This document shows positions 51,316-63,200 of a stretch of DNA of 64,000 nucleotides, piece by piece (the stretch's first letter is position 1; every line of letters begins with the position of its first letter). Made by a program: the position numbers and the translations under genes. This DNA is from Selaginella moellendorffii (lineage: Eukaryota; Plantae; Lycopodiophyta): NCBI RefSeq assembly GCF_000143415.4, contig NW_003314422.1:166391-230390 (forward strand). Direction: 5' to 3'. Under the pieces are notes generated by a model, which saw only the letters and a program-made list of their open reading frames with translations, was not told the origin of the DNA and searched no databases.

Positions 51316-54300
51316 TCAGACTGTTATTTTTTGCCTCCAACACCTATACAATAATCTTGGAATTTCATCACTCTCCACACTATCAGGATTTAAACCCAAT
51401 AGTAATGCCATCTCTTCTCTAATACGTCCACACTCATGTTCAGTGGTCGAAGAACCCATCCGGTTGAGCAGATTATGGAGATGCGGATAGTGCTTGGCTA
51501 GACAATATACATGCCATAAATGATGACTGGTGTCTGTCCGATCAAATGGCTTCTGATATACCGTTCCATCTGCCATTTGGTTGATTTCTGCAGCCACCTC
51601 CTGGACTGGCCGGTTCTCTATCACCATCGCTTCAAGCCGTTTTGCAAGGTCCCCCAGAACATACGGTTTCTTCTCCCTAGTTTCCATACTGCAAGAGATG
51701 GGGTGCACTGCATATGTGTGCATGTTCGCTGCAGTTTTAATCGGCGAGTCATCGATGATGAGGATTTCACTTGACCTAGCAGTCTGGTTCATCACTACAG
51801 CCTCTGCCTTGACGAAGATGGGCTTGCTACCCCTCACATGGACCATAGTCAAGCAATCCTCCTGCGTTAGGAGAAAGTCAAATGGTAATATTACTCGCGT
51901 CTGATCGTGCATCATCTGTAGCAACATTAATGCATTGTGGCGCATCATGGATGTCCAAACTCCCAATTGCAAATTGAACCCGGCCCTCTGTTTTAAGTGT
52001 CGCATGGTCATTATTAGATCCCGCAGTTTCTCCCGTGTGATTAATGTGAATCTGTCTCTTTTGACCAACTTGCGACCGCAGGCTTTGGAGGGTGCAGTGA
52101 CATTCGAGGACGAGCCACGCTCATGGGAGAAAAGGACACCGTTCAGATCAAAAATGATACAGTACTTTTGCCGTGACTCTGAAATGAAATGCGTCAGCAT
52201 AAAAAATGGTACAAGTCAATTTTACCATCTACAATATTAGCGAATGGTGCTCCCGATGGTCGTTCAGAGGGTTTTGGTCGAGGAAACGTGAAGGGCGGAA
52301 ATACTCTCCTCTGCAATGTGGGGTCAATCGCATCCGATGGCGTGTGGGCACATACCATTTCAGCTGTAGACTCTGGTACAACTGGCTCAACAGTGGCATG
52401 GGGTGGTTCCGATGGCGTGTGATCACACGCCATTTCAGCTGGTGCCTCCGTTGGCAAAGTGGACATGACCGAACAGGCAGCAGGGGCGGTGTAGGGAGGT
52501 TCCAACGGCGCGTAGTCAGACGATTGGGCACACGTTGGAAATGAGGATACGACCGGCTCGGCGGCTGGGGCGGCCTCATGCGGGTCCAATGGCGCCTGGT
52601 CACTGTCAGTTGGATACGTGGACAAGATTGACTCAGTGGTATGGGCAGCATCAAGTGGAGCGTGGTCAACTTGCTTGGCGTTGATATGGATAGTAGCCTC
52701 CACCAGCTCTGATGACTCTTGCAGGCAAGTAGAGTCCACTGGCGGATCCATATGCATGTCCAAATATCTCCCTTCGATTGAGATGGTATCCTCCCGTGCT
52801 ACTAAAAACAAACTCATTAGCACATTGAATCGACTATACTGTATTTACCATCAACTGCTATTGAGGAACTAGGACCGATATCACTTGGGCGCACTGCTGA
52901 TTTTGAAGGATTGGACATACGTTTCGACCCTTGCTTGGCACTATCCTTCCTCGACACTAAAGGCTAGAGTTTGTATCTTAATTCAACTGAATAATCTCTA
53001 CTTACCATTTCTTCTGCGACCTACATGGACAATGTTAGAAATGGTAAAAGGTTAGGAATGGATGTACTATTATTTACCTGATGGTTTGTCTTGTATGACC
53101 TTCCTCCGCTGCTCTTTGGCCACCTCAGGCTGGCCATCGTCGTCATCATCGTCATCGTCGTTATTGTGATCGTCACCATTGTGAGGACCATCCAAGTCCT
53201 CTTCGTCCTCCTCTTCTTCATCCTCCTCTTCTTCGTCCTCCTCTTCTTTGTCCTCCTCTTCGTCCTTCTGCTCTTCCTGCTCATTATCTTTCTCTGGCTC
53301 CTCATCCCCCTCTTGCATTTCTTCCATAGGCTGCTCAGGTTGGATGGCTTGTTTTTCCAGGACCATCTTGGGAAAATCATCTAGCCGAGTCTCCATCTCA
53401 AAATACAAGACATCCATAGCCTGTTTTAGTGCGTGACCTAGGACCGTATCCTCACCCGACTGTCTTAACATGGTTTCTACACGTTCTTGCACCCTTCGAA
53501 AACGACGAGATGAGAAAAACGTGGCCCTGACTTGAAAAGCATCCCTCATCCATTGTACCTCTCCATTGAGATTGGGGAAGGGGAGTCCGCCATAGGAATC
53601 TGAGTCAGAAGGTGGTGACTGGCTCCTTTCACTCAGCCCTTGATCTGCAATGAATGGCATGAGCACACACGCCATAACCGCGAGGCATTACCTATCATCT
53701 TTTCGTTGCCCTTCTTCCTTTTCGAATCAAACGCCTCTGATCCTGACGACTGTCCAACGTGCTTTCGCTTTTTATGACCACTGTCAGTTTGAGCTTGGCT
53801 GGTGCTTGCCTGTTTTGCCTTTGAAGAAGTGTCTCCTGCAAGGAATGGCATGAGACCACACGCCATTGCAAATATAATTTGTACCTCCTTTTTCCTATTG
53901 CTTGTCTGTTTGTCCTTCTTCGACGCGCCACCAGTGCGCTTTTCAGTCCTCGTGTCTGAATATTCACAATGATCTATAATCAAAATGGCGTGAGGCCTCA
54001 CGTGACCTTACCTTGTGCAGGTTGTGAGCTCGGCCTAACATCAGTAGCTGTTAACGCCGTTTCAGCATCTGGGGGTGGCCACGCTCCTGCATACAGAGCT
54101 TGTGAGATAACATTTAAACTTAAAGTGCGTACTCACCAGGTTCGTAGAGAAGATACTGTTTTTCTTTGGCAACTGTAATTATATGCTCCATTGAAGTCAC
54201 CTCTTCAATGGAGTTTGTCACCGCAACACACGGGACACCCTTGAGTAGTGCGGCTCGAAAGAATAGTCCGCCGCAGTTGTACTCGACAACGCATTTGCCC

Positions 54301-56447
54301 TTGGAGTCACCCGCTATTGCGTTGAAGACCCAGCTGAGCATTTCCCATGCTGCACCTGGAGCTTTCTTTGGATTCGAAAGCTCCATAGCCGTCTTCAGTT
54401 CCTCAGGCACGGGTAAATTGACCTCCCTCAGATCAATTCGATCGGCTTTGTTGAACGAAGCTGGGAAGTCACTCCAGTCCCACTCTGCTGCAGGACCAAT
54501 AACAAGGGCGACTGTGAAGATGCGAACATTCGTCGGTATCTTCTTCTTAGCCATTATCCCATGGATCTCCCGCATCTCCTTGCTTTTCAACCGAGCCTTC
54601 ACCTCGTTCAAGGCCTTCCAGAACTTGTGATAGGATTCGGAGTCGTAGATCATATAGTGGACTGAAGATTCCACCTCCGCAAGTCCCACCATTAAGTCAA
54701 TGATGGAGCTGACTTCGTCTGCATGAGTGATCTCCTCGTTTGTGAAGTCCATCACACAAAAGATGTTCTTGACCTGCTCATCTCCGCGGGAAACGATGCT
54801 CCTCCACCTTTGATCCTCATCCGAATTCACGTATACCCGGTAAGGTTCTCGATAGGCCTCTGCTGCGGGGTCGAGCTGTTTCTGAAGCCGGCGGTCGACA
54901 TCCCTCTTAATGAAATTTGGATACTGATCCAACTTCTCAGCTTTACTTTTCGTGGCATCCCGCAGCAGATCGATGAACTTGGGGGCCCCCTTCACGTACT
55001 CGTCGATGTCTTCATTTGACAAGTCCAGCTCTTCCATCATCTCTTGCGTGGTGTCGATGCTCACCCTCGCCACGGCCACTTGCTCGAAGATCCAATCCTT
55101 CAATAGCGCACCCATTGAGTGCAACAATTCCCCGGCATGGTACCTCCTCAGCACATCTACCCATTTGTCAAAAACAACTTTTGTCGCGAGTAAAATGTTA
55201 TGGATGCTGAGTGTGTCATTGACCCCTAGTGTTTTCGAGAGAAGACTCGAGAATTCCTGCAATGGAAATGGCGTGAGGCCACATGCTATGCCACATGCAA
55301 CGAGGCTTACCTGCCAGGCGCTAGTTGCTAGTGCACGTCCTTATCCTGGTTTTTGTGGCTTCTTCAGTTGAACCCAGAGCTTCCGTGTTCGTGCCAATGT
55401 CTCGTGCAGACCCGATTTGTAGCACGTTTCTTGCTTGACATTCTGCGCGTGGGAGATGTATATGATAGATCGGAGGGGCGAGTTGCCTTTTATCAGGCGG
55501 ACAACTCTTGTCTTGAAGACTTTCTTCACCTCCTCGCCCACCATAATATCCACAACTATCTGTTGCATTGCCAAGCTAGAATGCTGCCCGGAGACGGCAT
55601 AGAACCGGATGTTCTGATCGTCCAACACCTTCCTATTGATCAAGTCTGGAAACCTCGTCTCGCCCTTCATTGTTCGGTAGTAGGGGATCACGTCTGCGAT
55701 GTCGGGTGTTACTGGACTTGCCAGCATCTTCTGCTTCAGTTTCTCCACCCACTCATCAGATACTAGCCTGTGGTTGTATTTGCTTTGGATCTCGATACGG
55801 CTCACGTCGATTGTATATACTTTGTTGGAATAGTAACAAGTACTATTATCTGCAACAATTTTTGCTGCCTCTTCTTGCTCTTTCTGCTCTTTGAGGCTCT
55901 TCTTTTTGGTGGGTGTAGTGTTCGAACCCGAGGCAATGGCATCACCGAGTAGCTTCTTTTTTGGAGCAGCAGAGTCGGACGTCGGCTTGAGCTTGACCAC
56001 CTTTTTCTGCTTCGGGGTAGTTTCCAGATCGACCCCCTTCCCCTTCGCTTCGCAAACTGGAGGCACTCTCAACGGCTCAATGTTGGAATATAGTTTTTGA
56101 ACATCGTCGTAGGTGAGGTCCGTGGATTCCATGTGATCTTCATAGACCCGCAGCGTCTTTGAAATTGTGGGCCTCCTGGACAACCTCTCCCTAGCTCCCT
56201 CTAGGAATTCCTCATAGCCGCTGCCCCCCTCTGGGAAGCCGCTAGGATGTGCAAGGTGGATCTTGAAGGCGGACGCTGTCTCTACCACAAGTGCCAGTCC
56301 ATATTCTTGCATGGAACTGCATGGAGTGTCTGTCACTTGGATGAGGATCCCCATGCATTCTTTTCTCCCACCATCTTTGTTGTACAGCATCAGATCCTCG
56401 CCTTCCATCCCGACTTGTGAGCTCCTCCCCCTTCTCTGCATCCACAT
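51316..56447 (-). pseudogene. Large multi-exon gene: ParB-like domain - degenerate N4/N6 MTase-like domain - acidic/low-complexity region - FCP1/NIF-like HAD domain; this copy has at least one stop and a probable frameshift
   Basis: NHRLVSDEWVEKLKQKM...RFYAVSGQHSSLA (ParB/DGQHR-like). SKGKCVVEYNCGGLFFRAALLKGVPCVAV (motif-I-like). CIIFDLNGVL...GVWTS...FVK...LIIDDSPIK (FCP1-like). Exons linked by GT-AG introns; in-frame TAA at 55341 lies inside an exon that continues to the donor at 55310. Confidence 0.7.
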
Positions 56448-57419
56448 TGACAGTGGCTGGAAGAAGAACGCAATTCCTCGCCTGTTCAGAAATGCACAAC
56501 AATTAGAGCTGACAGATGAAAAGCTAGCAGCTGGAAATAACGTGAGGCCACACGCCATTCACCACTGCATCAGATGTCTTGAGGCTGCATCCTAAGATGG
56601 CGTGAGGTTACACGCCATCTGTAACCGGACTGCACTCGAGAGCCCAATCGGTGCATGCCAATGTTGCTACTGAATGGCATGTGGCCTCATGCCATTTTCT
56701 ACTTGGTCTAAAAGACTTACCATTTGAAGCCGAATGGAGGCCGTGACAATCGAGGCCGGACTCGCTGGCGAATGTGCACTGTGTGTGCAGCGGATCGTAG
56801 CAGCAAGGCTACTCTGCCACTTACAGTTGGAGAGTGGTGCTGAAATCTCCCGAGACGCCAAGTGGGCTGCGTGTGGGTGGCGGAGTGGGCGGCGGAGTTG
56901 GCGGCGAAGTTACAAACTGGGTGTGTCTTGAAGTGGACGCCGATGCACACGAGCGCGATGCGAGCGCGAGTGTGATGCAAGCGCGAGTGGACGCCGATGC
57001 ACACGAGAAACCTGTAGAGAAGTGAGCATGATCGCGAGTGGGAGCGCGATGCGAGCGGGAGCGCGAGTGTGATGCGAGCGCGAGTGCGAGTGTGCGAGCG
57101 CGAGTACAAAGCAAAATGCAAAACCTAACCTCACACGCGCGAAATGTCACAACGGTTGGTAATCCCGCCACGTCATCATTCCTCGGACTTGGGCGCCACC
57201 ATTAATTTCTGGATTGCCGCGCGCATGCAAGCACGCAAAATCCATAAGAAATCCGCAACGTCATCATTCCTCGGACTGCATGCACGCGAAATCCAAAAGA
57301 AAGATCATGATTGGGATATCATTTAATACCCTCGCTATATTTATACCATGCATGATTGGATATTCCAAAGCATCTTGTATTTCCAAAAATGGCAGATGTT
57401 CAGCTAAATAAAGAAATTC

Positions 57420-58820
57420 TATCTGTTTCTATTTTTCTCTCAAATCAATATTATAGCGTGTGGGCTCATGCAATTTTGAACCAAAGAAACCCAAAAAACG
57501 TTGGACCCAAAATATTTTGAAAAAACCCAAAAAACCCTAAACATTTTAAACCCAAAAATCCAGGCGTCCTGTGGCGTTATTCCTTAAATGGCGTGTGGGC
57601 GCATGCCATTTTCAGGGCCAAATGCTGAATGGAGAAAAATTCCCTTTCAGTGCAAATGCTGCAAGAGGCAGATGCCGAGCACAAAGGATTGTAACTACCT
57701 CACATGACACAGATAAACTTTTCTCTATTTGGCAAAGATAAACTTTATAGCGTGTGGGCTCATGCAATTTTGAACCCAAAAAATGCACCAAAAAATTCTC
57801 GGCGTCATCTGGCGTTATCTCTTGAATGGCGTGGGGCCGCATGCCATTTTCAGGGGCACATAGGAGTATATTCCTAGGATATTCTAACACGCGCGAGATT
57901 TTTTTGAGTTTTCTGGAGATCCAACCGTTAGATCGCAACTAGATTTTACAGAATGGTATACAATGTCTTTCTTGATGACCCTGCAAAGAAGCATCTCGAT
58001 CGGACACCACATGAGACCACACGAGCCTTACAATGTTTCAGGGGCATTTGCCATAGATCCGACCGTTATTTTGCTCCAAGATTTTACAGTTTGGTGTGCA
58101 TTGACCTTTCCATCGAAACTGCAAAGGGACATCACAATCAGATGCGGGATCACAAGAAACTAATTTCACTAACTCTGGTTTCACCAAGATCTACGTAAGG
58201 AGTTATGAAATGAAAAGACCCTCTCTATTGAAATGTGTTTATGGTCCTAGGGGCATTGTGACATATCAAAAGATTTTGCATCAAGTTCTGTATTTGCATG
58301 TTTATCAAGCTACTGAATTGCTAAACCCTAAACCCTAAACCCTAAATATGTGGCAAATGCTGCGTGAAGAAAGATGCCCTTTCTGGGCAAATGCTGTAAG
58401 AGGCAGATGCCGAGCAGATGTATCTCAGGCTAGCGAAGGGGACAAACGAAAGCTAGCTATAAACATGACGGGATGCAAATAGATTACTAGGCTGGTCCTA
58501 CGAAAATCAAAAACCATAATTGAAAACATTGAAAATCCAAAAAGAAAGGTTTATAATATTTTTGAATTTTAAGCAACCAAAGGAATGTAAGTAGGGCATG
58601 TGTTTGTAAGTTTAAAAATGCCTCAACCACTTAAATTCCCAAGTAAATAAAGCTGTTTCTATTTTTGGTACAGGTAAACTTTATAGCGTGTGGGCTCATG
58701 CAATTTTGAACCCAAAAATGCACCAAAAAATGCTCGACTAGCATTATTCTTTGAATGGCGTGTGGCCTTATGTCGAGCATTATTCTTTGAATGGCGTGTG
58801 GCCTTATATTGCCATAAATG
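57420..58820 (+). repeat. Three diverged modules, each with a pair (or more) of palindromes
   Basis: ATAGCGTGTGGGCTCATGCAATTTTGAACC...ATGGCGTG modules at ~57420, ~57720 and ~58650. GCAAATGCTG.AAGAGGCAGATGCCGAGCA occurs at ~57652 and ~58387. Confidence 0.85.
58321..58346. repeat. Short interstitial telomere-type repeat (CCCTAAA)n
   Basis: CTAAACCCTAAACCCTAAACCCTAAA; a shorter TTTAGGG tract lies at 45508-45526. Confidence 0.8.
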
Positions 58821-59678
58821 GACGTACACACACAGCATAATTATTCCTTTACACGGCGAATAATCTTGGCGCGGATCGCTGACATGGCATGGCAAAGTTC
58901 GAATCACTGACATGGCACAGCTGGATCGAGGCAAGGACATGATGTGACAAAGTTCAACCTCCGACAGCAAAGTCTAGAAGCTACTCAGTTTGAAATTTGT
59001 CAGAGGAATCATAAGATCTGGTTTGTCAGAGGATTTGATGTGACATTCAAGCGTGTGTTATTTTTGAATTCTCGAACTCATTCCTAGGTCTATCATTTTT
59101 GTGCGCCGTGTTCTTGGTTCCGCTGAGCGCAGTGAGCGCTGTTTGTGTAAGCGGCGTTGTGGGCTGTGGTTTATGCGTCTACGAGCGGTTGCGGCATTGC
59201 GAGCGCCATTGCGAGCGGCAGTTTATGCGAGTGGCAGTTTGTGCGAGCGGCGCTACGAGCAGTTGCGGTGTTGCGAGCGGCGCTACGAGTAGTTGCGGTG
59301 TTGCGAGCGGTATTGTCTTTGGTGTGGCTACCGCTTCCTCTTGATATTCGGCACTTGTGCTTCCTGGTATGTTCACCATGGAATGGCTTAGGACCACATT
59401 TAGAAATGGCATGAGGCCACATGCCATCTTGGGCCCTTGCAATTTCATGGCTAGCGTATTGTCATGTATGTTTTTACTTGCCTGCAGCTGTGTGTATATC
59501 AAGATGGCATGAGGCCTCATGCCAATTTTGTGAATGCGAAATTTCACGTGGGTGTCAATAGCATGTTTGAATAATGGCATGTGGCCTCATGCTATTGAGG
59601 TTGTTTGGTATGTTATGATTTAGGCCATTCTCCAATCATTTTTTGTATGGTCTTTAACTTCTTTTCTGCACTTTCAGA

Positions 59679-59980
59679 ATGGCCTTCAGGGTTGGGGAAA
59701 AGGTTTACATTTTGAATGGTGGGAAGAGAGTTGCAAAAGTGACCCTTGTGTCTATGGATCGGAACTTTGTTATACACTGTCAAAGGCTTGGGGAAGGCAA
59801 TGCTGCTGTATCAGTAGAGACTGTCTTCGATGGGAATGTGGTCGCTATTGAACGAGGAGAGATGGTCGTCGGGGTAAATGTTGTTGTTGCCTTGAAAAAT
59901 CTTCAGAAGAAAGCAGATGTTGGGGACAGCGCAAGTGCGACGCATGTTCCCTCCGTGGATCTTAAGAACCGTGCTACATG
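59679..59980 (+). pseudogene. En/Spm (CACTA) Tnp1/TnpA-like ORF, apparently truncated at ~59980
   Basis: RVAKVTLVSMDRNFVIHCQRLGEGNAAVSVETVFD resembles the Tnp1/En/Spm-like VA.G.......HG..LG....V.V..V pattern. Composition changes abruptly to short repeats after 59980. Confidence 0.5.
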
Positions 59981-60257
59981 GGGCTGGGTAGTTTTTGAGC
60001 TGAGCTCACGAGCTGAGCTCAAGTCAATGAAAGTCAACGAAAGTCAACGGAAGTCAATACAATCCCCTAACTAGCGAAAGTTTAATGGCACTACCTTAGT
60101 TCGTCCTGAACCAAGAATTTTTAACATAAAATCTAGGTGTTTAAGGTATTCCATAAGCTCATGTAGATTATTGGTTCGACATGAACTAATCTTTTAGTCT
60201 ACAAAAAAAGAAAATAATATATTAAACAATATAATTTATATTAAAATCAGAATATAT

Positions 60258-63200
60258 TCAATCTTCTTCTGCTTCCATATCCAGAAAAGTAGAAATGGGT
60301 ATAGTGGAATGCTCCTTCACTATAGGCTCGTGTTGTATGTAATGTTGTGCCATACGTTCAGCATAAATAGGTAAGTGGAATTGACTTTGGTCCATATGAT
60401 CATCCATATCATCAAGATCAAGCGTGTGGACTGAAACACTGTGTGTGATAAGTGTAGACCTAATAAAATAGAAACATTTGAGAATAAATATTATAGATTA
60501 TTTCAAGCACTAACATCACCTGTCGCAAAATCTCCTAAGAATGTCCTCAAAGGCACCCTCCTTCTCAAGTGCAAAAACCGCTCGGCCTGTCTCTTTTGCT
60601 GCCTGCACCATTGATCCAAATCCTGCTGTAGCATCAAGCACAATCCCCTTTGGCGGACAAAATAACTCCAACAAGATTTGCATGGCCGTGACCGAACGAT
60701 GTCGATAACCAGGGAACGCTGGGTGAAGAACGTCCGAGTCAATCACATTTGGGATGATGTCTGTAGAGCTGTCATATCCTGGTAAAGCAAGAGCAACACG
60801 CTCGTCAGCTCGTGTGGCATTACGCCGGTTCCCAATGTGGCATAGAGCATGGTAGTTCCAGGAATAAATCTGGAAAAAAAAAATAGAATAGAGTTAATTT
60901 ATAAATAAAGAAGTCACACACCTTTCGCGTCTGCCTGCTAGTGCCTTTTGTGTCCACCGCCATACTCGAAAGAAGGCAGCCAGATGAAAACTCAACAAAT
61001 CCATCATCGTTGTCAGCCAAGTGTGCGAGAAGGCCTTCCCACATTAGAGAGCGAGGAAGGATCATGACAACCACACCCTCGTATGTCATGAAGCTGCTCG
61101 CAACCTTTAAGGCTTGGGAAATGTGTTGGGCCTGCAACACATTCCATGACGGAGTATCCCCCTGTGGTGGTGCCATCCCATCGGGAAGATCAAAAAAGAT
61201 GAAATCGATCTTCCCATAAGGTGTGAGCTGACCCAAACCATGGATCCACCGATCAAGCATGTAGAGCTCCCGACTAGTAGCATCTAAAAGCTGTGTGTAA
61301 TCCCCAATGAGAATAGCAACTTCCCCAACACTGGCCGTTGGGGATAGAGGGCGAACCTGAAAATCAATTATTAGAACTAAAAGTTGAAGATAAAATTCAT
61401 GCTTACTAACCTGTTTATGCATCGCTGCAGAGGAGAGCTCTTCTAGGTCGTCATCTGTAGCCGTAGGGAGGGATGGGAAGAATGTCTTAGTCCGCCGAAA
61501 AGACTGATGGCTGCTCTCTGCAACATCTATAAAACAAAAAGTGAAGTCAAGAATGAATAAAAGAATGTTCCAAATCAAAGTCCTTACTCTCATGAAAGGT
61601 TTCATGACGGCCCCTTCGGGGGTTGCGAGGAGCAGGTACTGGAATCTCTTGTGCTGGAATTTCCTGTACAATTTCCTCTGGTTCAACAGTATTTGGATTT
61701 GGCATGGTTTCCTGAGTGCTGACTTCTAGGTTTAGTTGTTGAACTTCAACAATGTCGTTATCACAGTCAGAAAGAGCCTTTGGAAAATAAGAATATAACT
61801 CAAGGTTAATATTTCCTAGCTAAGTGCTGAGTTTCAAGTGAACCTGGATGACATTCAAGGTAGAGATCTAGCTCGAAGTCCGATGTTAGCATCTGCTCCA
61901 CGAGTTCAAGGTACCACGGGCATAGCTCCCTCTCATGTGTACAAGGACAGTAGAACTCTGGCTCATACATCCCAAGCTTCTTGCCTCTAGTCAGGAGCTT
62001 CTGCAAAACACCGGTTGTGTATACCGGTGCGCCGGGGCTATATTTTAAATATCTACAAAGTAAAACAAAAATATAAATACCAATATATAAATGAGAATTG
62101 AAAAAATACCTGTAAACCATGCGCCTCGCAAGAAATGGTTGTCCTGGTTGGTTCTTGAACTCAGCCGAACTCGTCCCACCACGTGGAAGCCAACCATTCC
62201 CTAGCTCTGCAAGACAAGCACGAATATATTCTTCGAGAGTGATACCTGTGCGGGTGCTGGAAAGAAACTTCTCATCCCAGACTTGTAGCATCTCCTCACC
62301 AGCGGCAATACTCTGAGAAATGTACGCCTTCTCCTTCATCACCTTCTCCATCCTTATCTCGCAGCGTTTTTCGTTATTTCGCAGCCAAGTGTTGAGAAGT
62401 TCCAAGCAGACACTTTGTTCAGCAAAGGACATTTTACTCTTAGAGATGTTGTAAATGAGTTCCTCCGGTGCTTTACCAGTTCCTACACACACAAAGAGTT
62501 ATGAAATGTTTCACAAATTTTATAAGAACTTACGAACGCGAGAACAAATCTCGGCAATGCTATCAAGCCATTCTTGCCCGCGTCGTATGTCTGCAATCGA
62601 GAGCAACTTTTTCACCTTTGTTCTCTTCGTATTCAAAATTCGCTGCTCAATCGCATGCCACTCCATCTCCTTCTGCTGCTCGTCCCCTCGAGCATTTTTA
62701 AAGAATGACGCTCTTTCTCCTTTGATTATGGGCTGCAAGAAACATTATGTAAGTTGATACATACTTCAATAATAATTTACCTTCGCCCAGACAGCAACTA
62801 GAAAATCAAGTGGCAGTTGGTACCAAGTCTGCAATTCTTGGCCTTTCCTAGCTCCTAGCTTCACTCGAATTGCTTCAAATACCTCACGATTGTACAACGT
62901 TTGGACCTCCTCTAGCGAGAGCATGCCCATAAACCGAAGGTGCTCAATGTCATGTACCAATGTATGAGCTTGAAACGCAAATTGGTTTAGCCTGCAAAAA
63001 CACGATATTAGCTAAGTTTACAAAAAATAAATTCTTACATGTTGATCTTATGGCATGCCATGTTGAGCTTCACAGTGTGCTCCCGAGTCATTGGTTCGAC
63101 AAGTGTGACTGGAACACTAATGTGTCGTTCTTCGTCATCTCGGAACTTCTCTTGAATGCACTTCCAAAATGCCAGCCACCTATGGTTTCCATCGATCACC

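Larger units (their letters stand above)
51260..59595. repeat. Dispersed 22-bp palindrome ATGGCRTGWGGCCWCAYGCCAT, ~20 copies
   Basis: Copies start at 51260, 52337, 52412, 53654, 53845, 53985, 55268, 56537, 56597, 56674, 57453, 57588, 57747, 57826, 58683, 58755, 58791, 59406, 59504 and 59574; some are imperfect. Confidence 0.95.

Noticed and set aside
51260-59595. Palindromes as CRISPR repeats or MITEs
   Set aside because: Spacing is irregular (36 bp to >1 kb), and there is no internal sequence or consistent TSD.
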